Part shown: positions 1 through 38,003 of the stretch, one piece after another | Layout: every line of letters begins with the position of its first letter | Numbering within the stretch: the first letter of the stretch is position 1 | Origin: Bugula neritina | Taxonomy: Eukaryota > Animalia > Bryozoa | DNA: 64,000 bases | Assembly: GCA_964035545.1 (NCBI GenBank) | Contig: OZ037766.1 | Span: forward strand, 33,036,773 to 33,100,772 | Direction of reading: 5' to 3' | Made by a program: the position numbers and the translations under genes | The notes under the pieces: generated by a model | The model's input: the letters and a program-made list of their open reading frames with translations, nothing else | What the model was told of the DNA's origin: nothing | The model's database searches: none

Positions 1-25300
<25,300 letters not shown>

Positions 25301-25314
<14 letters not shown>

Positions 25315-25620
25315 GCGTGTCTCACCAACTGGTAGGCGTGTCCCACCAACTTGTAGGCGTGTCCCACCAACTGGTAGGCGTGTCTCACCAACTGGTAGGT
25401 GTGTCTCACCAACTGGTAGGTGTGTCTCACCAACTGGTAGGCGTGTCTCACCGACTGGTAGGCGTGTCTCACCAACTGGTAGGCGTGTCTCACCAACTGG
25501 TAGGCGTGTCTCACCAACTGGTAGGTGTGTCTCACCAACTGGTAGGCGTGTCTCACCGACTGGTAGGCGTGTCTCACCAACTGGTAGGCGTGTCTCACCA
25601 ACTGGTAGGCGTGTCTCACC
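25301..25620. repeat. 21-nt minisatellite tcaccaactggtaggcgtgtc containing the kinase stop codon
   Basis: About 15 copies; the first overlaps the last codons. Confidence 0.95.
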
Positions 25621-26248
25621 ACGACCTCCTGCCATGACAGCGTGTCTCACTCAGCTGCGGTTCTCATCTCTCATTTCGTTTTTCTTTTCCCAGCTATCTT
25701 GTTGAGTGACGTCACCAGTTAGTGTTGTCATAGTTACGGCATATCAACACTCAGATGAAGTGGCCTTTTTATAAACTTTTAAATATTTTATGAATTCTTA
25801 ATTGTAGCAGATTTTTCTTATTTGAATATTCAATTAAGAAATTTTTCATTCATCTTTACAACTCTTTAGTTGCACTAATTTAATTAGTAAAATATGAAAA
25901 TATTTTCAAGTGTTGGTGTAATATTTGGCGTGGTTTTAATATGTTGGTGAAGATATCATAGTGAGCTCTTTATAGTGTATATATTATACAGCTAGACTTC
26001 ATTGTCTGGCAAGTCACGCTGAATGGTGCTTCCACTAGTTTTTGTTTTATTAGAGTTTGTTGTGTAGCAGGGCACTTGGTGGTGTTTATTGATATACTAT
26101 ATTATGTGTTTGTTTTACACACTACACTATTTAACTTGGAATAATATTATCAATTTTATTATAGTCATATTTTCTATTATTTTCTAAATACATTTTTATT
26201 GTAATTTTATTAACTGTGCAGCTTCATTACTTTCACAGCTTAAAAGAA

Positions 26249-26254
26249 AATAAA
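26249..26254 (+). other. Putative polyadenylation signal of the kinase gene
   Basis: AATAAA about 935 nt after the stop codon, at the end of an AT-rich 3' region. Confidence 0.45.
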
Positions 26255-26261
26255 TTCTGCC

Positions 26262-26525
26262 ACTGGCGTATTACAATAACTACTGGTATATATTACAATA
26301 ACTACTGGCATATTACAATAACTACTGGCATATTACAATAACTACTGGCGTATTACAATAACTACTGTTGTATTACAATAACTACTGGCGTATTACAATA
26401 ACTACTGGCGTATTACAATAACCACTGGCGTATTACAATAACCACTGGTATATATTACAATAACTACTGGTATATATTACAATAACTACTGGTATATTAC
26501 AATAGCCACTGTTGTATTACAATAG
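26262..26525. repeat. 20-nt minisatellite actggcgtattacaataact
   Basis: About 13 copies, directly after the AATAAA. Confidence 0.9.
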
Positions 26526-27654
26526 ATACTGAGGTTTACCCTCGTATAAATACCCTACTAGTACCCTCATATAAATCCCATAGAGTTGCTGCTCATTATT
26601 CACTATGTACCCTTGCTGGAAGTAAAAGGTAGACTTTGTATAATTCATTTCTCTGAAATTAGTATTCCTGAAATAAACTAATATACCTATGTATGTATGT
26701 ATACTATTGCATCATTTACTATAAAGAAGAGACAACTCTTATATTACTCATAAACTTCTACGCTAAAGAAATTGGGAAATCATTAATAAAATAATACCAC
26801 ATACCAAGAAGACTTGCAAAGCTTGCTTGAGGCACGCAGCTGGTAGTTTTATGCGTAGAGAAGCAGGCAAGAAGCCATAAACCAACAAATTTGAGATTAT
26901 ATTCACTTTGATTATCAGGAGTTGTCTACCCTTTTGGCATTAACTCATTACGTTGAAGCTTCACCTTTAGGTTGACATTCAGCTGTACATTTTCCGCTTA
27001 TTTCTAATAGCTTATTTTTATAAGACTGCTTTTACAAATAATAGTTATGCATAATGACTACTAATTTACTTATGTTTTTCTTTTAACTTGAACAAAGTTT
27101 GTAGGAAAGATGACTCCTTTTCTTGCAGATCATTAACTCGCACGGTAGGGTACCTACATTTTACAATATTATTGTAGTTGATTGTGCATTCAGGTAAGTG
27201 GAGAGTAAGTGGAGGGTAAGTAAGGGGGTGCAGGTAAGTACACTACAATACTAGCTTTGATTAGTCATGTGTAACTACAAGCTGAATGCTAAATATAGAT
27301 GGTAGAAGATAACTCTTATACAGGTTTGGAAAGCTTTTGAAATTATGAACCATTAGGAATTAGTAATCAACAATGAGCTGTTGTATTTCAGATTTTACCT
27401 GCAGTATGTAAAATATTGTAGGACATGGTGATAAGTTTTGTAAATAAAATATATTTTTCACCAATTATGTTTCAACACAAAACATTCCCAAATAAATGTA
27501 ATATATTAATTTCTTTTGTATAAAACTTGATACAATGTATTGTAGCATATAGAGTTAGATCTGGGTATGTTGTTAGATCCTCTTCCATGTCTTTATTATA
27601 TCACTCTTGTTCAGAGTATTTCTAATCAACTGTAGGATAGATTCATTCTACTGT

Positions 27655-30189
27655 CTAGTAGATAATAGGCTTTTTTATCCCCTTGCCATCCTTCCCTGGG
27701 TGTCCCTAAAATAAAATATAAACTAAAAATAGCAGTTGGAGAAAAAACTCTTTGACATCATTTGATACAATAAAAGTCACAGCATATTAAGATTCACTAC
27801 AGCGAAATACTTTAATCAATACTCTCTAATCAATACTCTCTAATCAATATTCTCTAATCAATACTCTCTAATTAATATTTTCTAATCAATACTTTATAAG
27901 GCTTTAGAGTTTAGACTTTAATTTCATGATCTATCGTGTAGCCAATATGTTTACCTTGTCTCCTTTCATGCCTTTTGGTCCTGGTTTGCCATCTTTTCCA
28001 TCTTTACCATCTTTTCCGGGATGCCCTTTAGCACCTGGCTTTCCATCTTTACCATCTACACCATCATCTCCATCTTTGCCTGGAGCTCCAGTTGCTCCCT
28101 TCATACCTTTAGGTCCAGTTTCACCCTTGACACCCATTTTCCCCTTGCTACCTGGTGCACCAGTATCTCCTTTCATTCCAGTTTCTCCATCTTTGCCATC
28201 TTTTCCATCTTTACCATCTTTACCATTAGCTCCAGTAGCACCAACAGGGCCTGGAGCACCTGTATCTCCTTTCGTTCCAGGTTTACCAGTTTGCCCCTTA
28301 GCACCAGTTGCCCCCTTCATTCCGGTTTCACCATCTTTACCATCTGCGCCATCTTTACCTGGTGCTCCAGTTTTTCCTTTCATGCCTTTTTCTCCAGGGG
28401 CACCTTTTTCTCCATCTTTACCATCTTTTCCAGGGGCTCCTGTATTTCCTTTCATTCCAGTTTCTCCTTGCTCACCCATCTTACCAGTCATTCCTGGTGC
28501 TCCAGTATCTCCTTTCTCTCCTGGTGATCCTGTTGCTCCATCAACTCCATCTTTACCGTCTTTGCCTGGAGCCCCAGTCTTTCCCTTCATTCCTGGTGCT
28601 CCAGTTTCTCCATCGGCTCCATCTTTTCCATCTTTACCTGGTGCTCCAGTTTTTCCTTTCATGCCTGTAGCGCCAGTATCACCTTTCATTCCAGTTTCTC
28701 CTGGAGCTCCCGTATTGCCCTTCATGCCTGTAGCACCAGTATTTCCTTGTGATCCAGTTTCTCCCATAGGCCCGGTTGCACCAACTTTACCCTTCATGCC
28801 ATCATTTCCATCAGATCCTGGTTTGCCAGTAGCTCCAGTTGCTCCGGTTTTTCCTGTGCTACCCATTTTTCCTTTGACACCAGTTGCACCTACACCTCCT
28901 GGTGTACCGTCAACTCCATTTTTTCCTGGTTCTCCCTTTTCACCCTTCATGCCTTGTGGACCTTGCTTGCCTTTGCTTCCTGGTTTACCATCCTTGCCGT
29001 CTTTACCATCTTTACCAGGGTGACCCTTGAGTCCAGCTTTGCCGGGTGGTCCAGTCTTACCAGTATCTCCCTGACAATAAAAATATGGTATTCCTTCAAA
29101 TGATTTAATCTCTTTTGAAAATTAATAGCAATAACTTAGATCAATGCAGTTAGTAAAATGAGACGCTTCTGTCAGCCTACCTTTGGTCCTGGAGGTCCAA
29201 CTGGACATTGGCATTTCTTCACGGGCTTGTAGCTTCTCTTTTCTCTCTAATAACAGAAAGCATTTTAACAATTAAGTGCACAGCTGATAATCTTTTAATA
29301 TTATTTGATGACACACTGGCAAAGCTTGCTATACTACTGGAATTCCCTATACAAAACTAACTACCTGCAGTACATCTGCAGATGTACTGCAGATGTACTG
29401 CAAATTGTACTGCAGATGTACTGCAGATGTACTGCAGATGTACTGCAGATGTACTGCAAATTGTACTGCAGATGTACTGCAGATGTACTGCAGATGTACT
29501 GCAGATGTACTGCAGATGTACTGCAGATGTACTGCAGATGTACTGCAGATGTACTGCAGATTGTATTGCAGATTGTATTGCAGATAGCTACTATATTACC
29601 TACCAGCTGGGCATCTGAGCTGTCGCTAGATAATCTGGCTAGACTCACTTTCAGCTCACCAATTTCCTGGCTTTCCTGAAAGTATATTATTCAGCCGTAT
29701 AGTTGATTGATCAAACAGATGTCACCCAAACCTGATCACTGTGCAGGTTCCTTTACACTTTAGCCTTCAGATTTACAATACACTAAGATAATAGTATATA
29801 AGTATGTTGATATTTTATTGCTCTCTAATGATTTTAATAAAGCCATATATTTGTGCCTAAATGTATAACTAAACTTTCAAATCATATACAAAAAAATTGA
29901 ATGACAATATTACTAAAATATATGAGTTCAATGATGAAGTTTATTAACTTAGAATACAAAAGTTTAACGAGTGAGAGAATCTTCTTATAGTGAGCTACAG
30001 TTCCTGCTAGATGGTATCACTATGTTATGTTAAACTCACCTGGTCAACTCTTTGGTAGATGTAGTTGTAGACGGCCACATTGGCTATGATACTACCTACA
30101 AGGAGGATAGCTAGTAGCCCAGTCGTGTAGCCATAGATCTTTAGTTTAGCTTTGTTAGCAGCCCCCAAGTTGTGGTCTGAACTTTCCAT
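27655..30189 (-). CDS. Type II transmembrane, furin-cleavable collagen A (MACIT/cuticle-collagen-like architecture)
   Basis: Exons: 30189-30040 (MESSDHN..KLKIYGYTTGLLAILLVGSIIANVAVYNYIYQRVDQ, TM), 29675-29604 (ESQEIGELKVSLARL, heptad-like), 29246-29181 (REKRSYKPVKKCQCPVGPPGPK), 29070-27955 (1116 nt, 124 Gly-X-Y), 27705-27655 (GHPGKDGKGIKKPIIY*). All junctions are phase 0. Minus-strand AATAAA at 27597-27592. Confidence 0.88.
29365..29590. repeat. 11-nt gtactgcagat array in a collagen A intron
   Basis: About 20 copies. Confidence 0.92.
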
Positions 30190-30243
30190 CTAAAAGTTCA
30201 ACAGAAGTGTTAAAATTACTGCTAAAATATTTAATACATTATC

Positions 30244-30403
30244 ACTACTCTTACAGCTATGGTAATTGGTGCAACACTACTCTTACAGCTATGGTAATTG
30301 GTGCAACACTACTCTTACAGCTATGGTAATTGGTGCAACACTACTCTTACAGCTATGGTAATTGGTGCAACACTACTCTTACAGCTATGGTAATTGGTGC
30401 AAC
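30244..30403. repeat. 32-nt minisatellite
   Basis: actactcttacagctatggtaattggtgcaac, 5 copies. Confidence 0.92.
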
Positions 30404-30487
30404 AGTTTAAAAGACCCTTTTAAAAGCAATCAATCAGAAAACGAACAAGTAAGAAATTATGAAAGAGAAGTTTCTTATGCAGGTTAC

Positions 30488-30597
30488 CTTGATATGTAAA
30501 ATGAAACGAGCTGGTGCCCTGGTAGATCTGAGTCAACTGAGTTCTGGAGAGACTGAAGCTGATCTGAACACCATCTCTTCTCCCACCTGTATTTATA
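30488..30597 (-). promoter_or_regulatory. TATA box and non-coding first exon of collagen A
   Basis: Minus-strand TATAAATA at 30597-30590 and AG|GTAACC donor at 30487. The same layout occurs in collagens B and C. Confidence 0.55.
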
Positions 30598-31258
30598 CAC
30601 TTTGCAGACATTATTTAGTCATTTGTCACCATCTTCCAGTTCCTGCATATCTAGTACCATTTCTGTGTTGGTCAATCACACACATGGCTGCTTTAATAAC
30701 GCCAATCCTTTCCGTATTATTCACTTTTTTGCTGCAAATTCTTAATTTCTTAAACTTTATGGTCTGGTGATAAATGCATAACACTTTGCACACCAATGTA
30801 CATGTTATAGTAATAGTTCAGGTTATTGTTTGTCAGCCCTAATAAATAATAAAAATCCCACAATAGCAGGTGAACAATTTTTAGAAAGGGATGTTGGATG
30901 TTTTGTATTGAATATGAAAGAGTTAAGAGTTAACTAACTTCTCAACAACTTGCAGCTACCTGCAGACACTAGAAGAACTTCTAGATAAGATAAACTTAGC
31001 TATAGCCTGGAGGTGTAAAGCTAAGCAGTGAACTAATTTCATGTTGCTGTTGCAATTGCATCTGCTCATATGATTGTTTATTCTAAATTATAAAACATCA
31101 TTTTCAAAGTTGGTGTTTAGTGACGCATACAATTGTTGATATATATTTATAGCATAGCATAGTATTTACCAAATATGTGGATTTTCATACAAATAGTAGT
31201 CCGTGTTATATTAAATTATATTTTTAAGCTGTAATGTATGTTTAATGGCTTCAATTAC

Positions 31259-31299
<41 letters not shown>

Positions 31300-33916
31300 G
31301 ATCTTCAAGTTAATAAAATAATCCATACTGTTCATTAGTTGATAATATATGGCAAAAAGGAAACAAATCTTGTGTTTATAGTTACATGTTTTTAGTATAT
31401 TTTAGTAGCTAGCACTTTATTAAAATATTATATAATATTATAATATTACAACATAGTATATTATATATGTTATAATGTAATACTATATTGAAATATTATG
31501 ATATATACTACCATATATTGCAATATAATAAAACTATATAATATACTATAGCGTTTTCAAGTATAATAATATGGTTTGTAGTTATCAAATATGTTCAATA
31601 GAAATATGCATTTCCTGTTTCTTTGCCAGCAAGTACGTAACACCTAGCCATTTACTTTAGGGTTCAAGTTTTGTAAGTCTAAGGTCTAATGTAACAACAT
31701 GTCTCAGCCTTTCTGGTAATACTAATAGTTGCAGGGATTATAGGATTATGGTATAACAGCCTTCCGCTCTCTCTCTCTACCTGTAAAGCTCCTTGCTCCA
31801 AACAAGCCAATCCTGGATCCAATAGCTTATGTCAAAGTCCACAGGCACTTCCTGTTCTGCTGCTAGATTTTACGTCCATCAAAATAATGATCTCATAACT
31901 GATGGAATTGTGCTGGTGCAGTTGTGGTGCTTGGTGGTATCTAATAGACTGTCAGGGTATTTAATAGTTCAGTGCAAGCTTGGACCAACTAGTGTAATAA
32001 AACACAATAATTATGATACTATGCGAAGTGTCTTCCTTATTATTATTGTTTTATGATGCTTTAAAATAAGGTATAGCAATATATTGTATAGAATATTATA
32101 TTGTGTAACTAACCTAGCAAACAATATATTACTATATAATCCATAGCAATATATTGTATAGAATACTATATCATGTGGCTAACCTAGCAAACACCCCATT
32201 ATTCTATGTTGCTATAGATGAACTACAAACTGCTGTAATCAAAAAGCAGTACCATGCAGCCGTAAAAGTAAAGCACTTTTCCTCCTCCATGTGTTTAGAT
32301 GACTCATTGCGATGTAGAACTATAGACAAGGAAAGCTTTCTGCACAGAATAGCATCATGACTCCATAGCAGAAGAAGGTCTGAGATAAAGCACTGCAGGT
32401 ATATTCCCATACGCCAGGTAACTGCACTTTCTCATATAATAAGAGACAGAAATGTGTTATAAAGGCAGTACAAGGTACACTTATGATATGCTGTACTTTT
32501 ATGTTATTATAATCAGTTACAACTTTTATATCAGAAAAAGATATTTTTAAACAAAAAATAATGAATGGGCACATCTTCAGCGACTAGATTTGTAAAATTT
32601 TAGAATTTCTATGGAGTGGAAACTTTCAGTTTTAAAAGTTGTCATGGCAACAGAGTGTAACTTTCACAACATTTCCAATGATTGTGTTAAGCAAAGATAG
32701 ATTTTTTATCCAATCAATAAGAACAGCATTGTTGAAATGAAATCATAATCTGTACGAGCAAAGTTCTGTTAGATATTCGGCTGTTTGACATGAAAAAACA
32801 AGTCATTCTAGTGTAGCTGAATGGCATCTTTTGCAATGGAGACAAGAATCAGCAATGACATAACCTACTATACTCTAGTAAACTTCAATTTATAACAAAA
32901 TTAGTTCAATCATCTATCCTAGCTTCCATTAAATTCCAGATAATTACAAGCATCTTAAATATTCATATAATTTTCCTTTAAACTATTAAGTCATTACCAT
33001 GCAGGATTAAAACAAGTTGGCAGCTATTTTTATTTGAACGAATTATTATTAAGCCCATAATTTTATGCACCATGAAATAACTTACTTTGTTATTACCTTA
33101 TTCTTTTTTAAAAATAAGAAAACCAACATAGAGCAGCTCTGGGATTTGGAGTCTGAAAAATTAAATTTAGCAAAACTCAAATCAGAGAGAGTGAAGTGAA
33201 AGCAACGTGGAACATTGACCTAAACTAAACCAATATTAACCACGTTTGTTCATGCTATAATGAGGAGATAACATGGATTGTTTTTGTGGCCAGCAGAGTT
33301 AAAGGGATGGTTGACTTGGTGTTGTGTTTTTTTAGAGGAGCAAAATTTTGTACTGATTGTCCATTGAAATGTATAGTTTTATATTCAAATCCTTATAATG
33401 TAGTTGAGTTACTAGTCACTGGCCTTAAAAATTTGAATGTATATTTTGACTTCGTTTTATCCAGTAGTATTTTTTACTAAAAACATTTCAGTTGTCTCCT
33501 GTAAGTTTACCAAAAAAAGAAAATAAATAAACGTAGCTGCAAAAATAATATTTGCCTACCTAAGCAATGTGGTAACATTTACCAGAAGCTAGGGGATGTA
33601 AATTACATGCAGTAAACTACCTAAGCAGTCTGGTAACATTTACCAGAAGCTAGGGGATGTAAACAAAGTCATCAATGAAATGTTCCAAAGAGTTCTTAGA
33701 CATTCTTGCTCATGATTTCCATTTACAAAAAAGTGTAATCAGGCAAAAACTTTGGCCACTGGTGTCTGTTGGTGCTAATCCGTGTTGTGAGTGAGATTAG
33801 CTACTGATACAGACATTTCATCTAATGGAGATTGACTGCTTTTTAATAACGCAGTAGTAGCCAGGAAATCCCTGAAAGTTTGCAAGCCTACGCCTGGCAC
33901 ACTTCCATTACCTCAG

Positions 33917-34067
33917 CCAATCAGCTTCTTTTGGCACTCTCCCAAAGGATCTGTTTAACCAACCAGCTGTGAGTGACCCGGAGATGGTTCTTCTATATAA
34001 AGAAAGTAAAGTTTTTACTCTGCGCAGATTTTATCTTTCCATCTGATTTGTCTGTCTAAAGAAAAAT
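33917..34067 (+). promoter_or_regulatory. CCAAT/TATA promoter and non-coding first exon of collagen B
   Basis: CCAAT at 33917, TATATAAA at 33994, GTAAGT donor at 34068. Confidence 0.55.
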
Positions 34068-34443
34068 GTAAGTTGTTATATTTGTTTACATAATATATTT
34101 CAGTTACAAGTATGTTATTGACTTTTCTTATAAAACCAAGTTAAAATAAATACGTTACAAGATCTTATATATTGTGAAATATTGTTTCATGCAGGTTTTC
34201 TTGTATTAGTTTTATATATAAAGTGCAACGATGAAGTTATAATATAATTATAACTCTATACGTGCTGCTACTTAATACAAACCATAAACATCCATGTTGT
34301 TATAGTGATATAAATTTATAACATGCTCCAATATAGCTGCATGTGACGTTTATATCAGACTCTGTTATTGGCCACATGAGACGCCTCAGTAAGTATAACA
34401 GCTAGCTAATAGGTTCTCTAAACCCTTAAAACTTCTTCTGTAG

Positions 34444-37400
34444 ATGGACGAGAAATACTCATTGGTTGATGCTGAAACTACCAAAGCTAAGCTAAAGGCT
34501 TATGGGTATACCACTGGCTTCCTCACCATCTTGCTTGTAGGAAGCTTCGTAACAAATGCTATAATATGTTTCCACATGTACCAGCGAGTCACACAAGTAA
34601 GTCATAGCTGTCTTCAAACCATCTTGATAAGTTTTAAATTTGGTGAAAACAAGTATTTGATATAATGTAAGAGAAAACATGTTGAAGATTCTGCACCTAC
34701 ACCATAGTCTAAGTTTACTCTATGTCACAGTCTAAGTTTACTCTATATCACAGTTTAAGTTTACTCTATATTACAGTCTAAGTTTACTCTATATCATAGT
34801 CTAAGTTTACTCTACACCACAGTCTAAGTTTACTCTATATCACAGTCTAAGTTTACTCTATACCACAGTCTAAGTTTACTCTATATCATAGTCTAAGTTT
34901 ACTCTATACCACAGTCTAAGTTTACTCTATACCACAGTCTAAGTTTACTCTACACCATAGTCTAAGTTTACTCTATATCACAGTCTAAGTTTACTCTATA
35001 TCACAGTCTAAGTTTACTCTATATCATAGTCTAAGTTTACTCTATATCATAGTCTAAGTTTACTCTATATCACAGTCTAAGTTTACTCTACACCATAGTC
35101 TAAGTTTACTCTATACCACAGTCTAAGATTACTCTATATCACAGTCTAAGTTTAGTCTATATCACAGTCTAAGTTTACTCTATATCATAGTCTAAGTTTA
35201 CTCTACACCACAGTCTAAGATTACTCTATATCACAGTCTAAGTTTACTCTATACCACAGTCTAAGTTTACTCTATACCATAGTCTAAGTTTACTCTATAT
35301 CACAGTCTAAGTTTACTCTATATCATAGTCTAAGTTTACTCTATATCACAGTCTAAGTTTACTCTATACCATAGTCTAAGTTTACTCTATATCATAGTCT
35401 AAGTTTATACCTACATGCACAGCTTAGACTGTGATCTGAAACAAGTTTATATTATAGTCTGATATTCTAGGAAAGCTCAGAAGTTGACAGTTTGAAGGCT
35501 GCCATTGCACAGTTGGAAACCGCAAACTCAGATGAAGTGATAGTAAGTACAGAAAGAGAATTCCTGGCATATCTATACTAAATCCCACCATATCTATGCT
35601 GAATCCCACCATCTCTATACTGAATCCCACCATCTCTATACTGAATCCCACCATATCTATGCTGAATCTCACCATATCTATACTGAATCCCACCATATCT
35701 ACACTGAATCCCACCATATCTATGCTGAATCCCACCATATCTATACTGAATCCCACCATATCTATGCTGAATCCCACCATCTCTATACTGAATCCCACCA
35801 TCTCTATACTGAATCCCACCATATCTATGCTGAATCTCACCATATCTATACTGAATCCCACCATATCTACACTGAATCCCACCATATCTATGCTGAATCC
35901 CACCATATCTATACTGAATCTCACCATACCTATACTGAATCCCACCATATTTACACTGAATCTCACCATATCTACACTGAATCCCACCATATCTACATCA
36001 ATTATGTAAATAACTATGCGCTACATCAGTGAGTATATTTTAGAGAACAAAGAGAACAGCTTACTTTGATGCTAGCAACTGCTACTGTAAAGCCAAGCCA
36101 GGACCCAAGGTGAGTCATCTATAACCTGTAAGCAATATTTTAGCTTATATAGCATTTTATTTAGAAACATATTGTTACACTGGAAAAGCCTACATAAATA
36201 ATTATTTTTCTAATGTTTATACATTTTTTGATTTGCAAGGCTACATTTTGAGAATTATCAAGGTCTTACAGTAGTTCCTATGCAGTGTAAGTTGGAGTTG
36301 TCTGCTATGTAAATTAGTTGAAATGCTTTGACCTTTCTAGGGACCACCTGGAGATGTTGGAAAACAAGGCAAAATGGGATCAAAAGGAAAACCCGGACAT
36401 CCAGGCAAAGATGGGCTAGACGGTAAACCTGGTATTAAAGGGAAGGTGGGTAAACCTGGGACAAAAGGAATGAAAGGAGAGCCAGGAGATGACGGAGCAG
36501 ATGGAGTTAATGGTGATCCTGGTGCAACGGGTGCCACTGGAATGACTGGAAAAGATGGAGCTAAAGGCGTGTCTGGTGCTACAGGTGTGATGGGGGCTTC
36601 AGGAAAGGATGGATCAAAGGGTATGATGGGAGCCACTGGTGTTATGGGCAAACCTGGAGATGCAGGAGTTGATGGAGAAACTGGAGCTAAAGGAATGACT
36701 GGTAGCAAAGGAGCTCCAGGTAAAAAGGGAGCTAAAGGTGACACTGGTGCTAAGGGCATGGTCGGAGAGCAAGGACCTGATGGCAAGGATGGTGTTGATG
36801 GAGCAAAGGGTGCTATGGGGGCGAAGGGTATGACAGGTGCAACAGGAAAGCCTGGAAATGATGGTGCTGATGGCAAAGACGGTGTAGCTGGTGCCAAGGG
36901 TGCAGTAGGAGATCAAGGAACAAAGGGTAAAACTGGAAAATCAGGCATTAAAGGAGAAAAAGGAATGACAGGTGAACCCGGTGCAAATGGAAAAGATGGA
37001 GATGTTGGTATGACTGGAGCTACTGGTGCTAAAGGCATGATGGGTAAACCCGGTGTAGATGGAAAAGATGGAGCTGATGGAGCTAAGGGAGCAAAGGGCA
37101 TGGCTGGAGCTACTGGCAAAACAGGTGACATGGGTGCCAAAGGTGAAGTAGGGAAACCTGGCCCTGCAGGTGCAACAGGTGCTGCTGGTAAAGATGGCGT
37201 TGATGGAGCTGATGGGAAAGATGGTGCCAAGGGTGCCAAAGGAATGATTGGAGCAACTGGTGCTAAAGGCATGGTAGGGAAACCTGGTGCAACTGGTGAG
37301 CCAGGAGCAAAGGGAGATACTGGAGACAAAGGTACAGATGGTAAAGATGGCTTAGATGGCAAAAATGGTGTTGATGGACCAAAGGGTTCGCCTGGTCATC

Positions 37401-38003
37401 CTGGAAACGATGGTAAAGATGGGAAGCCAGGACCAGCTGGGCCAAAGGGAATGAAGGTATGACTAACAGTATGACTAGCAGTATCACTATCAGTATGACT
37501 ATCAGTATGACTAACAGTATGACTAAAAGTATGACTATCAGTATGACTATCAGTATGACTATAAGCAGTACGACTATTAGTATGACTAACAGTATAACCA
37601 ACAGTATGACTCGCAGTATGACTAACAGTATGACTAACAGTATGACTAACAGTATGACTAACAATATGACTAGCAGTATGACAGGAGTTGCAATAGTTGA
37701 CACTGCTTTGTAAAGTTTAAAAGGTAACATAACATAATTTATATGCTATCTGCTGTGTGTACGTCTGCTGTGTGTATGTCTGCTGTGTGTACGTCTGCTG
37801 TGTGTACGTCTGCTGTGTGTACGTCTGCTGTGTGTACGTCTGCTGTGTGTACGTCTGCTTTATGTATGTCGTCTGCTGCATGCTGTCTGCGTACACTCAG
37901 CCATACTCTGTGTTTGTAGGGGGAGAAAGGACACCCTGGAAAGAGTGGATACTACCAATCTGGAGATTACAAGGGGTCATACGATGATAAGTACGATGAG
38001 TAA
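34444..38003 (+). CDS. Type II transmembrane, furin-cleavable collagen B (paralogue of A)
   Basis: Exons: 34444-34596 (MDEKY..KLKAYGYTTGFLTILLVGSFVTNAIICFHMYQRVTQ), 35471-35542 (ESSEVDSLKAAIAQL), 36044-36109 (RTKRTAYFDASNCYCKAKPGPK), 36341-37456 (1116 nt Gly-X-Y), 37920-38003 (GEKGHPGKSGYYQSGDYKGSYDDKYDE*). Confidence 0.88.
34700..35410. repeat. 23-nt minisatellite agtctaagtttactctatatcac
   Basis: About 30 copies in a collagen B intron. Confidence 0.95.
35570..35998. repeat. 21-nt minisatellite atactgaatcccaccatatct
   Basis: About 20 copies. Confidence 0.95.
37457..37683. repeat. 12-nt gtatgactaaca array beginning at the splice donor
   Basis: About 19 copies; the first unit is the donor GTATGA. 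Confidence 0.92.
37750..37860. repeat. 15-nt tctgctgtgtgtacg array
   Basis: About 7 copies. Confidence 0.88.

Noticed and set aside
27926-29023. Pro/Ser-rich ORFs antisense to the collagens (also 36337-37362 and 45169-47729)
   Set aside because: GGN codons read as NCC on the opposite strand, which generates stop-poor shadow frames.
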